The translations under genes were made by a program, and so were the position numbers. A DNA stretch of 63,963 nucleotides, filler included, from Basidioascus undulatus (Eukaryota), in the NCBI GenBank assembly GCA_000826855.1. It is 5 parts of 5 records of this genome, joined end to end, with 100 filler letters (N's around TTAATTAATTAA, not from the genome) between each part and the next. Parts side by side here need not be neighbours in the genome. Positions count along the whole stretch, not along the records: positions 17,912 to 26,762 come from JTLS01001329.1; positions 26,863 to 56,078 come from JTLS01000133.1; 3 more parts are not named here. One strand, written 5' to 3'. A model generated the notes under the pieces. That model was given only the letters and a program-made list of their open reading frames with translations. It was not told the origin of the DNA and ran no database searches. Below are positions 21,591 to 32,800 of the stretch, piece by piece; positions within the stretch are counted from its first letter, which is position 1; each line of letters opens with the position of its first letter.

Positions 21591-22478
21591 ACCCGTTTGA
21601 CCGTATACTCATTCGCAAGCTCGTAACGTAGAAACCAGTCATTCAACCAACATTGCTCGGCCAGTCCTCATCCAAGGCCGGCCCTCATTGCTGGGCAAGC
21701 CAGGGCACGTGAGTTTCCCCCTCCGGGCGTAAGAGCGAGCTCGTCAACTGCGTCCAGGAGCGAAGAAGTAAGCACGCCCCCTCCACTTATCCTTCTTGAT
21801 TTCTATGGGCAAAAGAGCACTGGAACATTCAGGGCCCTGACAACAGCGCAAGGTGAGCCAAGGGGAGGCGAAAGATTGGCACGGGGAAGCACCACGAGCT
21901 TTAGATGAAGCAGTTGAGATTCTGTTTCTAGCAAGAGCACATACATTGAAAATTTTGTCAAATACGCCAGACATCATGAAGGCGCCGTTTAAGAATCAAC
22001 GAAAGCCCCAGTCCGAGCTTGAGCCGTTTGTTGACCGTCCTCAATTCTTCACCACATCCTCCTCTAAGTCATCCAACGGCTAGAAAGTCGTTATTTTTTG
22101 TTGAAAAAGTTTAAACCGCCAGACCTCATATCGCACAGTCGCAAGTCCCCATTATCCTTGGAACCCGGCCCTTTCCTTTCTCCTCTCGGCCCGCTGGATG
22201 CCTCTATACCTTCGAGTGGACCACAGAAATTGCCTGACGGAAATTCGACTGTCCAGTCCTTCCTTCAGCCATACAATGATATTTTTCCACAACTCAATTA
22301 GGGACGAATATTTGTGCGCCTCGTGGTGCGCCGTACAAATGAATCTGGAGGGCCAACGCTGCGGTGCCCAAGCGCCTTAGGCGGGTCAGAAACCTCTCCT
22401 CACCAATTTTCAGATAAGCTTGTCGAGCACCACTTCCAACTCGTACCAACTCGCGCGAGCCGAAGAACTCCAGCAAGC

Positions 22479-22575
22479 CCCTCCAAGCTTACAAACCCCT
22501 CCAAGCTCACAAACCCATCCAAGCTCACAAACCCATCCAAGCTCACAAACATGCTGTACATGCTGTACATGCTAT
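22479..22575 (+). repeat. Compound minisatellite: four 18-bp units followed by about three 9-bp units
   Basis: cc(c/a)tccaagct(t/c)acaaac x4 immediately followed by atgctgtac atgctgtac atgctat. Confidence 0.9.
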
Positions 22576-22750
22576 ATACCATACTCAAATCATGCATGTC
22601 AAGAAAGTCGGACGCCCGTCACCAGCTCGTATATCAGATCTCAGTAGTAAGGATGATACCGATACCCCCCGCCCGGTGTCATCTACCCCACTTCCCACTC
22701 GCGCGTAAGCTCCCCACTCTCGCCTCTCGCCTCTCCCTCTCCCCTCCCTC

Positions 22751-25415
22751 TCAGTCCAGCCACCAACCCCCACCGCGACGACTCACTTCCTTCGCGTTCT
22801 CCCACCTCCCCCTGACGCCCTCCGAGCGCCCAATCGACCTCCGCATCTCCTGGGTCGCGCGGCCCACGGCCGCGGCGGCGGGCGGCTCGTCGTCCTCCCC
22901 GGGGCGCGCTTTCCGCTTGCCCTTCCCCTTGCTCGCTTTGTCGCTCGTGCTCGGGCCCGGGGCCCACGCTGGCTCGGTTTCGTCCACGCGGGACCAGCGC
23001 GCGTAGCACGCTTCGAGCCAGGCTAGGCTGACCGGGCGCGGGAGGGAGTTTTGCTCGGCGGTCGTTACGGGTCTGTCGGGGAAAATGAAAGCAGACGCAG
23101 CCGTTCAGTTTCACTGACTGTATGTCACGCGAAAGAGAAGGGCGCGTACCCCGATGTGATCTTGACATGTGCTCCGCCCGCGAACGACACAAGCGTCCCG
23201 CCAAGGACGGAGAGGAGTTCGCGGGCGTAGCGGAACTCGGGCGCGGTCTCGCCGCCCAGGTCGCGCAGGTGGACCTTGACGTTCTTGAGCGGCTGCTGCT
23301 TCGGGTACGTCGAGCGCGGGGCCGGGTAGAAGAGCGCGCGGTCCTTCGGGTCGGGGAGTTCGGACGAGTCGGAGCAAGCCGTGAGGACGTGGAGGAGCCA
23401 GGGTAGGGTGGCGATGATCTTGCCTTTGCGGATGGCCTGCCGGTCGCGAAGGTTCAGTTCAATAATTTGCGGGATGCTGCGGGGCTTGAGAGGTGGGCGC
23501 TCACCAGGTTGTAGTGGTCCCCCGTCCTCCAGCGCTTGATGAGGATGTCGGCCTTCTCCATGTTCCTCCTCTCGACCTTATCCGACGAGCTATGGATCAT
23601 ATGATCATGAAAGCTCGAGACGTCGAGCTTGCCCCCCGCGCGCTCGACGAGCATGTGGAGCACGCAGCTAAGGTACCGATTCACGCCCGCGTCGACCGCG
23701 AGGCGGACGATTTTGCCCTGCAGCGGCTGCGGCGTCCGCCGCGGGCGCACGGCCGCGGACGTCCAGTTTGCCGAGGGCGCCCGACGCGCGAGGAGGTGGA
23801 TAGACAGGTCCTGCGAGGAGTGCGTGCCCGTGCTGTAGATTGAGCCTGAGGAGCCCGCGTAGATGAGCGGGCCCTCGTGCCGCGAGAAAAGGAATGGCGA
23901 GGCGGGGACCAGCCGGCCGGCGGAGAGGCAGGCGGTGAGCCTGAGTGAGAGTCGTACGCATTTAGCAATCCGAACTCCCCATTATACAGTAAGGCTCATA
24001 CGAACCAGTGCGCGGCAACGACGATGATGTTGGGATATGTTCGCAGCGTCGAGTTGGTCATGCTCTGCAGATCATAATGTCAGAGGAATCTCCAAAAACG
24101 AGCCCGCTCCGCAGCGTACAAAGTCCCGAGTCCCAAAGCTCAGAATGTGCGTCGTCCGGTCGTTCGCCTCAACCTACAGCTCCACCCCTCCCAATCAGTA
24201 CACACGTCCTCATCCCCAATCTCAACATGACCGGACCCAACTCACATCCACGACCCCCCCATAAGTCTCAATCACCACCCTGAGCGACGCCCGTTGCGCC
24301 TCCAGCTGCCTCCGCCCCCCACAAAGTCAGCCTTCCCCGATTTCCAGGACTGCGTGCTGCCTCATCCGACTCACGCGCTCCAGCCCGCCCGCACTGCTGT
24401 CCAGCCCAGGCGGGAGGTAGAAGTGCAGTCCTGCGAAGAGCTCTGTAGGCCACTTTGGGGGGGCGGAGTAGCTGTTCCCCCGGGAAAGAGTGGTCAGTCA
24501 CGCGGGCCGTGTAGGGAGGGGAGAGAGGGAAGAGGGGAAGGCGCACTAGGCTGTCCGGTGCTGGAACCGCGCGATGAGGACGTTTGTGCTGTACAGGTTG
24601 GCGTCCGGCAGGCCCGCCCGTCCCATCCAGACGCTGTACACCTGCATACACAGCGTTCACCCCGTCAGTGACCCCCCTTCGCCGCGTCTCGGCCAGAAAG
24701 CCCTACCGCAGCGTCCACCTCCTGCTCTCTCTCCCCGTTATCAGTCCCAAAGTACTGAGGTCTGAGATGAGGAGTGAACCACGCACCTTGTGCGTCCTCT
24801 TCAGCCTATACCACCTCCCGTCCTTGCTCCTTAGCTCCACGCCGCCCAGCTTCGCCTCCCCGCCCATCTCCATGGGCACGTCGAACCCGTTTATCCAGTC
24901 CTGCTTGAAGAAGTGTTCTCTCAACTGTCCCCCAACCACAACCCTCCGCAAATCAGTCGGCCGAGGAGGGGGGAGGGAGGGGTGGGGCGACTAACCTGCT
25001 TCCGCACCGCCGAGGGCAGGTCCGACCCCGTGCGGAGGAGGATCCCCGCGAAGACGACGTCCGTTGGGTCTTTCCGGCGCGAGTCGGGCTCGTACTCCGG
25101 CTCGGGGGAGAGGTCGTCGTAGTAGTAGTCGTCGTAGGAGTCGCTGTCGGAGGGTCGGGGTGAGTGGAACAGCCAGGGAGCAGCGGGGAAGGTGGATGGG
25201 TGGGAAGGGGAGGGAGGAAGGGGGATGGGGGAGCGCACTAGTCTTCGTCGTAGTCGCTCAAATCTCCGTATGGGTAGAGGGCGTTGAAAATGGAGAACCT
25301 GGGGCGAGGGGTGGGTGGGCGGATGAGCGTGCTGGGACCGAGGACGGTGGACACGGGATGTATGCCCGGGATGGAACGCGGCTTGTGTTCTAACTGCGGA
25401 GCGGGGGACTTACAT
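22751..25415 (-). CDS. Multi-BRCT domain protein (distantly Rtt107/Brc1-like); multi-exon, start tentative
   Basis: Three BRCT-like units: LFAGLHFYL..IETYGG..TTHILSF..IVVAAHWF; LQGKIVRL..VERAGGKL..ADILI..IATLPWLLHVL; LKNVKVHL..LLSVLGG..VSLAWLEACY; acidic N-terminus, KGKGKRKAR near C-terminus. Confidence 0.72.
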
Positions 25416-25803
25416 GGTGGTTTAAGAGCCCCGACGCGCTGTTGTATGGGGAGCGTAAGGAGATGGTGGGAGTGAGAGGCTGAGAGCAGTCGGCATTGAA
25501 ACGCTGCGGGTGTCGAAGGCGCCGGTCCCTATCGTCAGTCTGCGCTTTCCCCGCGTGAGTGGGTGCCGCCAAATTGCATCGGGTTCCTTTCGTCCAGGTT
25601 GCGCATAAAAACTCCTTCTCAAAATGTTTCATGAAGAAAAGTCGGCAGAGAAAGTAGGGAACCACTTATGCACGAGCCTGCACTGCTGCTTCTCCTCTGG
25701 TCCGAGCTTCCTTCCCACCAGTCTTCGCATGTCGCAACATCTCCAAGCACCCACGAGCACAATCAAGTCACTCAAACGCGCTCATGCATGACTACCTCCC
25801 ACC

Positions 25804-26714
25804 CTACGCCCTCCCCTCCTTCCCTTTTCCCTTCCGCGCGCGTACGCCGTCCTCGAGCGTGACGAGGCGGTCCTCCCCCCCCCGGCCGAGGCGGCGGAAG
25901 GCGCCCTTGGCGAGGGAGAGCGCGCTGCCCTCGGCGCGGGGCATGCCGCTGAGGCGCTCGCCCGCGCGGCGCGGCACGCCCGTGTGCGCCCACGTCAAAG
26001 TGGCATGCTCCGTCTTCGGCGGCGGCGCGCGCAGGTGATCGATCCGCCGCAGGCCGAGAGAGGTCTGCCCGAGGAGCTTGGCCTGCACGCACACACCCAC
26101 CAGCCCACATCTCAGTACGAGCGTAGAGAAAAATAAAAGAAGAGGAAGCGGGGGTAGGGCAAAAAGAAGAGAAGAGAGGAGAATGGGAGAGAGGAAGGAA
26201 GGCACGCACCTGCGCCGCCCTCACCGCCTGATCGAACTCCCTTTTCCCCCCCTCGCCTCTAAACTTAAGGACCTTCTCGACGTTCCTCTTCGTAAGCTCT
26301 CTGAGCGCGCCGCGCTGGCTCTCCATGTCGACGCCCTCCCAGAGGCGGCGCTCCTTGCCGTACTGGAGCGCCTCGCGCGCGGCGATGCGGGCGGTGAGCG
26401 CGAACTTGAGGTCGCGCGGCGAGTCGACGAGCTCGAGCACGGCCTCCTCCGCGTTGTCGCCCTTGCGGTTCCCGATGCGGTGGATGCGCGTGAACCCGCC
26501 CATCCGCGAGGAATAGCGCGGGACGAGCTTGTCGAAGAGGAGGGAGGTCAGGGAGATGTGCTCCCCTGAGGGGGATTGTTGGTTCTTGGGGGGGGGGGGA
26601 AGATCAGGTTGGGCCTCCCTACTACTTTAACTTTCGGCACTGTATACGTACGATGAGGAAGGCCGCAGCGCGCTGCTTGGCTGAAAGGGTGCCCTTCTTG
26701 CCGAGAGTGATCAT
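25804..26714 (-). CDS. MRPL8: Mitochondrial ribosomal protein bL17m; 5' part lost in gap
   Basis: MITLGKKG..RAAAFL, LFDKLVPRYSSRMGGFTRIHRIGNRKGDNAEEAVLELVD is the L17 signature, followed by the fungal C-terminal extension. Confidence 0.9.
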
Positions 26715-26762
26715 CTGTCGCCCCCCTCCCCTCCGAGATCAGCTTCCTCATAGATCGGAAGA

Positions 26763-26862
26763 NNNNNNNNNNNNNNNNNNNNNNNNNNNNNNNNNNNNNN
26801 NNNNNNTTAATTAATTAANNNNNNNNNNNNNNNNNNNNNNNNNNNNNNNNNNNNNNNNNNNN
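26763..26862. other. Assembly gap with artificial six-frame-stop linker
   Basis: 44 N + TTAATTAATTAA + 44 N. Confidence 0.98.
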
Positions 26863-26899
26863 ACCGAACCATCCCAAAAAAATACACATAGTTAAACAG

Positions 26900-29800
26900 A
26901 TCGCACCTTCGCGGGCGGCAGCCTCTGCGGCGCGCTTCTCCTCTTCCTCCTCCTTCTCCATCTTGCGCTGCTCCTCCTCCTCCGCACGGAGCTTCGCGGC
27001 AGCCTCGCGCGCTGCGGGCAGCAACGCGCGGATGACGTGGTTAACGATCTTCATCACCCTCTCGCTCGCTGCTGCGCCTTGAACGATCGTGACCTCCTCG
27101 CCCCAGCGAGACGGCGTGGGAAGTGCCGCGAGCCTTTCCGCCGCGGCGATCGTATCGGTGCCACGCGAAGCGGAAGGCTCGGCCCGACCACCGGGAGCGC
27201 CGGAGCGCGTCAGGGTTTCGAGCGGGATCGTGCCGGCGGGACCGCCGTTTGAGGTGAAGTACTCGAGGTGGACGCGGCCGCCTCCGCCCACTTGACCTTG
27301 ACGAGCCATGACTTGCTCGAGAAGTTGCGCCCCTCCGCGCCCGATCATCTGTTCGATGATGGGAAGCAGAATGTCGGCCTGCCCGCGCCCAGCTGCGGGC
27401 GTACGACGAGCAACCCCAGCGGGACCGCTGCGACCGAGACCCGGCCCGCCCTGGTCGATGAGCAGCGGATGCGCGGGCAAGTCGTCCTGCCCACTTGAAG
27501 GGCGCTGCCGGCCGAAAATCAGAGCGTCCGCGGGGTCGTCTACCCATCATTTCTATATGTTAGCATAGTCGCGGTGAAGATCTGGACGAACGGTGTACCC
27601 AGCAGACGGCTGCGACGGGGACCGCCGAGGGCGGTAAAGAGCCGAGGAGGATCGCCAGGGCGGCGCGGCCCGCCCGCAGCAACCATCCAGCCATCAGGCA
27701 CGTCGAGCCCGGCATCATCAAAGTCACCCTCGAAAGCGAGTTCGTCTTCGAATCTGTATTGGCGAGCATCAGTAACCAGTTGGGTAGCGAGAAGGGGCGT
27801 CTGATGAACTGGTCCTCGTCCGGGTCCGTCATGTCATCCTCCATGTCTTCTTCATCGTATGGGTCTGCGTGACGGCGTCAGCGTGAGGCTTCGCTCTTGG
27901 AGGCACGAGAAAAGAACACTCACGCATGTGGTCAGGGTCCATGTCATCGTCGATTGGCGCGCCGAGCGCGTTGTCGATGATGTCGCTGCTGATAACGGGG
28001 CCCTCGTCGTAGGGGTCAAGAACGTGCTCCTCGGCGATGTCACCTTCGTGGATGAAGCTGCCCTCCTCGCCCTCGTTTTCCTCGCCGCTGTGTCACAGAA
28101 GGGTTTAGCGCATGTGCGGTTCAGCGCCGTCTTCATCACGACTTACCCTCCCTCCTCGTCGTCCTCATCTTCCCACTCGTCCTCGTCGCCCTCAGCCTAA
28201 TAAGCTATGTCAGCGCATGTAAGGACTAAACATATCCACAGCAGACATACGTGAAGCTCGTCTTCGTCCCCGTATTCGGGTTCGCTCTCGGACTCAGACC
28301 CGGTGTCGTCGTCGCCGAAGTCGACCTCCATCTCCTCCATCTCCTCATCTGCAGTCGCGAAGTCAGTAAGCGTGACTTGAACATGCAAGCGATGGTCGCG
28401 CACCATCCATCTCGTCGCCCTCTTCGTCTTCATCTTCGCTATCATACTCCTGCATGTCGTCGAGATCCTGTACGTAAGGTCGATCAGTATCGGGAGACGT
28501 CGAGACGCTGGCCATGGACTGTTCGTACCCCGCCGTACCTGCAGGAAGATGATCAGTATGCGCTGGTAAAAGGAGAAGCTAAATGATCACGTACATGCCG
28601 AGCGCGGAGTGCCTGTAAAGGTCGGGCGTCTCCTCGCGGTCAGACGGGGAACCCACGGATCCCATGTCCTCGTCCATCGACGAGTCCGACGACATCGAAA
28701 GGGCGTCGTCCTCGGCCGCGTGCTCGACAGCTTGAGCACCGTCTTTGGCCCCCTTGGCCTTGTTGGCGCGGCCCATCTTGATGGCGATCTTGGTCCTGCG
28801 GGCGGCATTATGGCAAATGGTCAGCGGGTGCTCGGTAGCATAAAGTTTCGAGGAAAAGACGTGCAGTTGCTCGAGCGGCTGCAGAAGTGCGGTAACAAGC
28901 TCTTGGACGTTCGGGAAGTTGAGGTCGACCTCGGCGAGCGCGTTGGTGAGCGTGACAACGAAGTTCTTCTCGAGCATGAGCTTCGCAACGTGGAGGGTCG
29001 AGTCGTCGTTCGGCTTGCCAGTCGCGGGGTTGACCGAGCGCGACGCGAGCAGGCGGTTGACGAGGCTGGCGAGGCCGGCCAAGCGGGCGTATCGCGCGTC
29101 GAGGTTCTCGTTCGACACCGCGACTCCCGCCGCCGTATCCTTGATCGCCTTCGAGACGGTGTCGAGCACGAAGCGGCGGGTCATGAAGCCCTCGGGCGGG
29201 ACGTCCTTGGCGTCGTACGATGGCGACCCATCGGTGCAGACGGCGACGATGACTGAGGCGGCCCAATCCGCGAGCATCTTCTGCTTGCGCGCGACCGCGT
29301 CCGGCTGGTCGGTCGAAAGCGTGGGCGGGGCGATGAGCTCGTTGAGGAGGAAGGTGAGGATCGCGGCCTTCGGCTTGATGGGCGTAGCCGTCGCCGCCGA
29401 TACCGCCGCCGCCGCGCCGCCCCGCTTCTTGGACGACGTCGCGAAGCTGACCTTGGCTGCTGGGTAGCTCGCAAACAGCTCCGTGAGGATCTGCATGATG
29501 AGGCAAACGTAGAAGAAGTCGTTGGCACCCTCGGGCGGCGTCTCGACGTCAGCGTCCTTCTTCGCCGCAGCAGAAGCCTCCGCGCCCTCCTGCGGCTGGG
29601 GCGCAGCCGCGCTCTCGGGGACGTTTGAAGCGGCCTCAGGCGCGCCGGTGAGCGGGACGGTGGCGGTGGGCGGCGTCGATGGGGCGGGCGGCGGCGGCGG
29701 TTGGGACGCAAACTCGCCCGCTGACTTGCCGAGGCGCGTGAGCTCGGCGACGAGGAACTGCACGATCACGTCGATGTGCTCCGTAGGAACGACGATCTGG

Positions 29801-32800
29801 CCGGAGGCGGCCGCCTTCGGTGCATCGTCGACCTGCATCCCCTCGCCCTCCTTCTCCTCCTTGCCCCCCTTGCCGGTCGCCTTCGCGCCTTCCGCGCTAG
29901 CCGGGGCAGCCGACGGCTTGAGCTTCAGATGGTACGCGCCCGTGGGCGGTTCGGCGGTGACGAGCTGGCAGTTCTCCTTGACGACCTCGACGAAAGCATT
30001 CGGGTCGCGGAGCGCGACGACGTGCACGTTACGGAGGAACGCCTGGGCGTCAACGACCTTGTTACCGCGCGAGCCGGGCGTACTGAAGACGCCGCGAATC
30101 TGCTGAGCCATCGCGGCGCGCAGCGTCTCCGGGTCCTCGACAATGTGGCGCAGGATGAGAGTGAGGAAGACGTGGCAGCCGGCCGACTCCTTGATCGACG
30201 AGACGAATGGGCGCGTGAGGAGCTGGAGGCTGTTGCGCTTGACGAGCTCGGATGCGAACGCCGACTGGCGCGTGAGGACGACGAGGATGCGCAGAACGGA
30301 CATGAGATCTCCGCGCGACGGCGATTCGTGCTCGAGGTACGCCGTGCTGACGTCGAAGAGCTTCTGGCGCAGGTCGGCGAAGTCGGGACCGACGACGATG
30401 GGCTCGTCGTGGATCGGCTCGCCGGTCGGGGGGATCTGCACGTCGAGGATTGCCTCGCCGGTAGACAGGATGGCCTCGGAGACGAGCAGGAGCGCCGCGA
30501 GCCAGCTCGGCACAGGCGTGGCGGTGTCCGCCTTGACGCGAGCGAGGAGCGCATCGAGAGCGCGAGTCGAGAACTCTGCAAGGCGGCCCTGCTGGGACAG
30601 GACGCCTGGCTTGTAAGTGAACTGGTGGTCGCCGAGCATGACCGCGAGGAGGCGCAGGCGGACGGCGACGGGCTTGTCCTGCTCAGCATTCGACAGGTCG
30701 CGTCCCTCCAGGTCGTCGAGGAGCGCGGCGACGCCCGGCTGGTGCTCGGCCGCGCCGTCGGGCCCGCTCATCTTGAACGCATCCTTGATGTCGAACACGA
30801 GCGCCTCGTGGCGGTCTGCGAGACGGAGCGCGAGTCGCGGCAGCTCGGGACGGATCTTATCGCGCCCGGCGTCGAGCTCCTCGCGGAGCTCCTTCGGATC
30901 GGGAAGGGCCTCCTTCGCCTTGCCCTTGTCGGAGCTCTCCACCATCTCGGTGTCCTCGCCCTGGGTCGTCGACGCGCGCTCGGCAGCGCGGCGAGCCTGC
31001 TCCTCCGCCTCTTCCGCCTGACGCGCCTCGTCCACCAGCTCCGGGTGCATGAGGAGGTGCTCGGCCGCCGCAGTCGGGTCGATCCGGCGCTGCAGCGCGG
31101 CCTCGGCGGCGCGGCGAGGGAAGCCCATGTCGACGAGGTGGGAGACGTGCGCGGCGTTGACGGGGCGAGGAACCGGAGCGCCGACAGGGGTGGGGACGGA
31201 GCTCGACGACGGGTCGTTGGCCTGCTCGCCCTCGGCCTTGACGATGTTAAGCAGGCTCTGCACGGCCAGGCGAGCGCTGCGGACGATCGGCGCGGACGCG
31301 AGCCATTCGGCCTGGACGGTGTCGCGAAGGACTGGAAGAATGGAGAGGCGGAGCTTGACGAGGAAGTCGTTCGCGTTGAAGTACTCGGGTGAGGACTTGT
31401 CCGTCTCGCGCAGCTGGAGTGGGCCCGTCTGGTTCGACTCAAGCAGCGGCTTGTGCGACGCGAACGTGTGCAGGAGCGGGAGCGTGTCCTCGATCGCGCG
31501 GTACAGACGCAGCTGCTGCAGGCGCTGGTCCCGCGTGAGCTGCTGCTGGTCGAGCGCGGCGAGCGCGGCAACGTCCTCGATGTGCTTCCGATACTGCTCG
31601 CACAGCGCTTTGACGCCACCAGCGCGCTCAAAGGCGACCAGCAACGGCGTCTGGAGGTGGCTTTGCGAGGAGCGCTCTACATAAACACCGACTGTCAGAA
31701 CAAGCACCTGCAAAGAAGGCGGCCGATAACTGACCATCGAACAGCAACAGCGTCACCAGCCTTGTCATCGTCGACCAGTAGGCGTAAGTGGCCCTCGGGT
31801 CGCCTTCCAACCAATGTCTCGTCAGCTCAACTACAGCGACTGTAGCTCCCATGGAAGCAGACGCACTGGTGCCGGGGAACGAGATGTGCTCGACCATGAT
31901 CTCCGCCATCGCCTTAGCCGTGATGACGGACTGGACCTTGTGCGAGGCGTCGGCGGTGCGCTTGTAGAGGAACATCTTGGTGACGGCTGTTTCGCATCCC
32001 ATCACGCAGAACCACATCAGCAGCAGCTCTCGCCATGCCCGAGTGAGCAAAAAGCGAAATGAAGCGCACCTTGGAGGAACGGCGTGAGGGTCGTCGGGAG
32101 CGAGCCAGAGACGTACGTGAGCGCGCGGTTGTTGGCGCTCTTCGGGTCGTTGGCCTTCTTGTCCTCGCGCTCCTTGTCCTTGCCCTTGGCCTTCTTGCCG
32201 CTGCCGCCGGCGCGGCCGTGCTGCTGCAGCTGCTCATCTCCCGCGGACGACTCCGCCATGAGCACGTCAATTGCCTCGTCCACCGCCGAGTCCACGCTTG
32301 CCTGCGGGTCGAGGGATGACGAGGCCGCGGCCGACTCCTTCGACGACGTCTCCGCCGCGGAGAGGAGGAGGTTCTCCCACACGACCGCGCGCTGGAGCTG
32401 GCCGATGTCGCGCAGCGTCTGGAGCTCCTCGGCCTTGTTGAGCGTCGGGAGGAAGAAGCCGTTCGCGAGCCGGACGTTCAGGTACCCGATCGAGCCGAAG
32501 ATGTCCGCGAGCGCCTGCGTCCGCGCGTGGAGCGTGATGAACTTGCGGAGGAAGTCGTTCGCCTCGCTGAGCTTGGCTGAATCTAAAAGCCCCAAACGCC
32601 ACATCAGCATCTTTCCCATTTACGATCACAACCGATGTGCAAGAGGACATACCGCTGATCTCGAGGTACCCCTGCAGCGTCGACTCCTGGGCCATGCCGG
32701 ACCAGAATGGCCGCGTCTCGTCGAGCGACGTGCAGACGTGCTTGAGCAGGCTCGACAGGACGATCTCGGGCTTGATCTCGAGCATGATGCGCATGAGCTG

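Noticed and set aside
22479..22575. Regular repeats that might be taken for a CRISPR array
   Set aside because: Units are contiguous with no unique spacers, in a eukaryotic genome.
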